Below are positions 63,796 through 64,000 of a DNA stretch of 64,000 nt, in pieces (the stretch's first letter is position 1; each line of letters begins with the position of its first letter). Made by a program: the position numbers and the translations under genes. The stretch is from Azolla caroliniana. Taxonomy: Eukaryota > Plantae > Polypodiophyta. The DNA lies in NCBI GenBank assembly GCA_043228905.1, contig JBHGNT010000010.1, positions 17,360,001-17,424,000 of the forward strand, in the 5' to 3' direction. A model generated the notes under the pieces. The model was not told where the DNA came from, made no database searches, and worked only from the letters and a program-made list of their open reading frames with translations.

Positions 63796-64000
63796 GGCTA
63801 TCGCCATCAACGTGAATGAATGCAAGCTTAGTGAAGACCATGCTTTTAATATTCCATGGTTTTGCATAGAGAGATTCCCCTTCACTCAGTCGACCATGCA
63901 ATACAAATTACAAATGTAAACATATCAAGATATGTACTTGATTGTAAAACTCTAATACTAGAGAGACCTGGTGTTGTCATAGTGTGCATCTTGTAGCAAG

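Overview
Eukaryotic nuclear DNA from a land plant, most likely a seed-free plant with flagellated sperm such as a fern. This is an inference from a MORN3-like axonemal gene, short AT-rich GT-AG introns, plant-type TEs and TTTAGGG repeats. Five spliced host genes were reconstructed by hand: (1) an Rpp25-type ALBA RNA/DNA-binding protein (minus, runs off the left edge); (2) a MORN3-like protein with an extra EF-hand-like tail (minus); (3) a ~1,010-aa BAH-domain protein with two WHIM3/WSD-like helical motifs and a coiled-coil-like C-terminus (minus, ~19 small exons, BAH domain invisible in the ORF track); (4) a kinesin-5 (plus); (5) MenA/ABC4 DHNA phytyltransferase (plus). A decayed 5.4-kb Mutator-like element with TIRs and a 9-bp TSD sits ~275 bp upstream of the MORN3-like start codon. 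A ~22-kb TE island contains a four-layer nest: an RTEX-like LINE relic holds an L1 LINE (12-bp TSD), which holds a Copia element, which holds a full-length Ty3/Gypsy chromovirus (5-bp TSD). The most unusual signals are a regularly spaced hairpin-repeat/variable-spacer array in the chromovirus 5' leader, a ~220-aa in-frame Copia Pol extension between two identical polypurine tracts, and the BAH protein architecture. All calls are by-eye translation and motif recognition; no searches were run.
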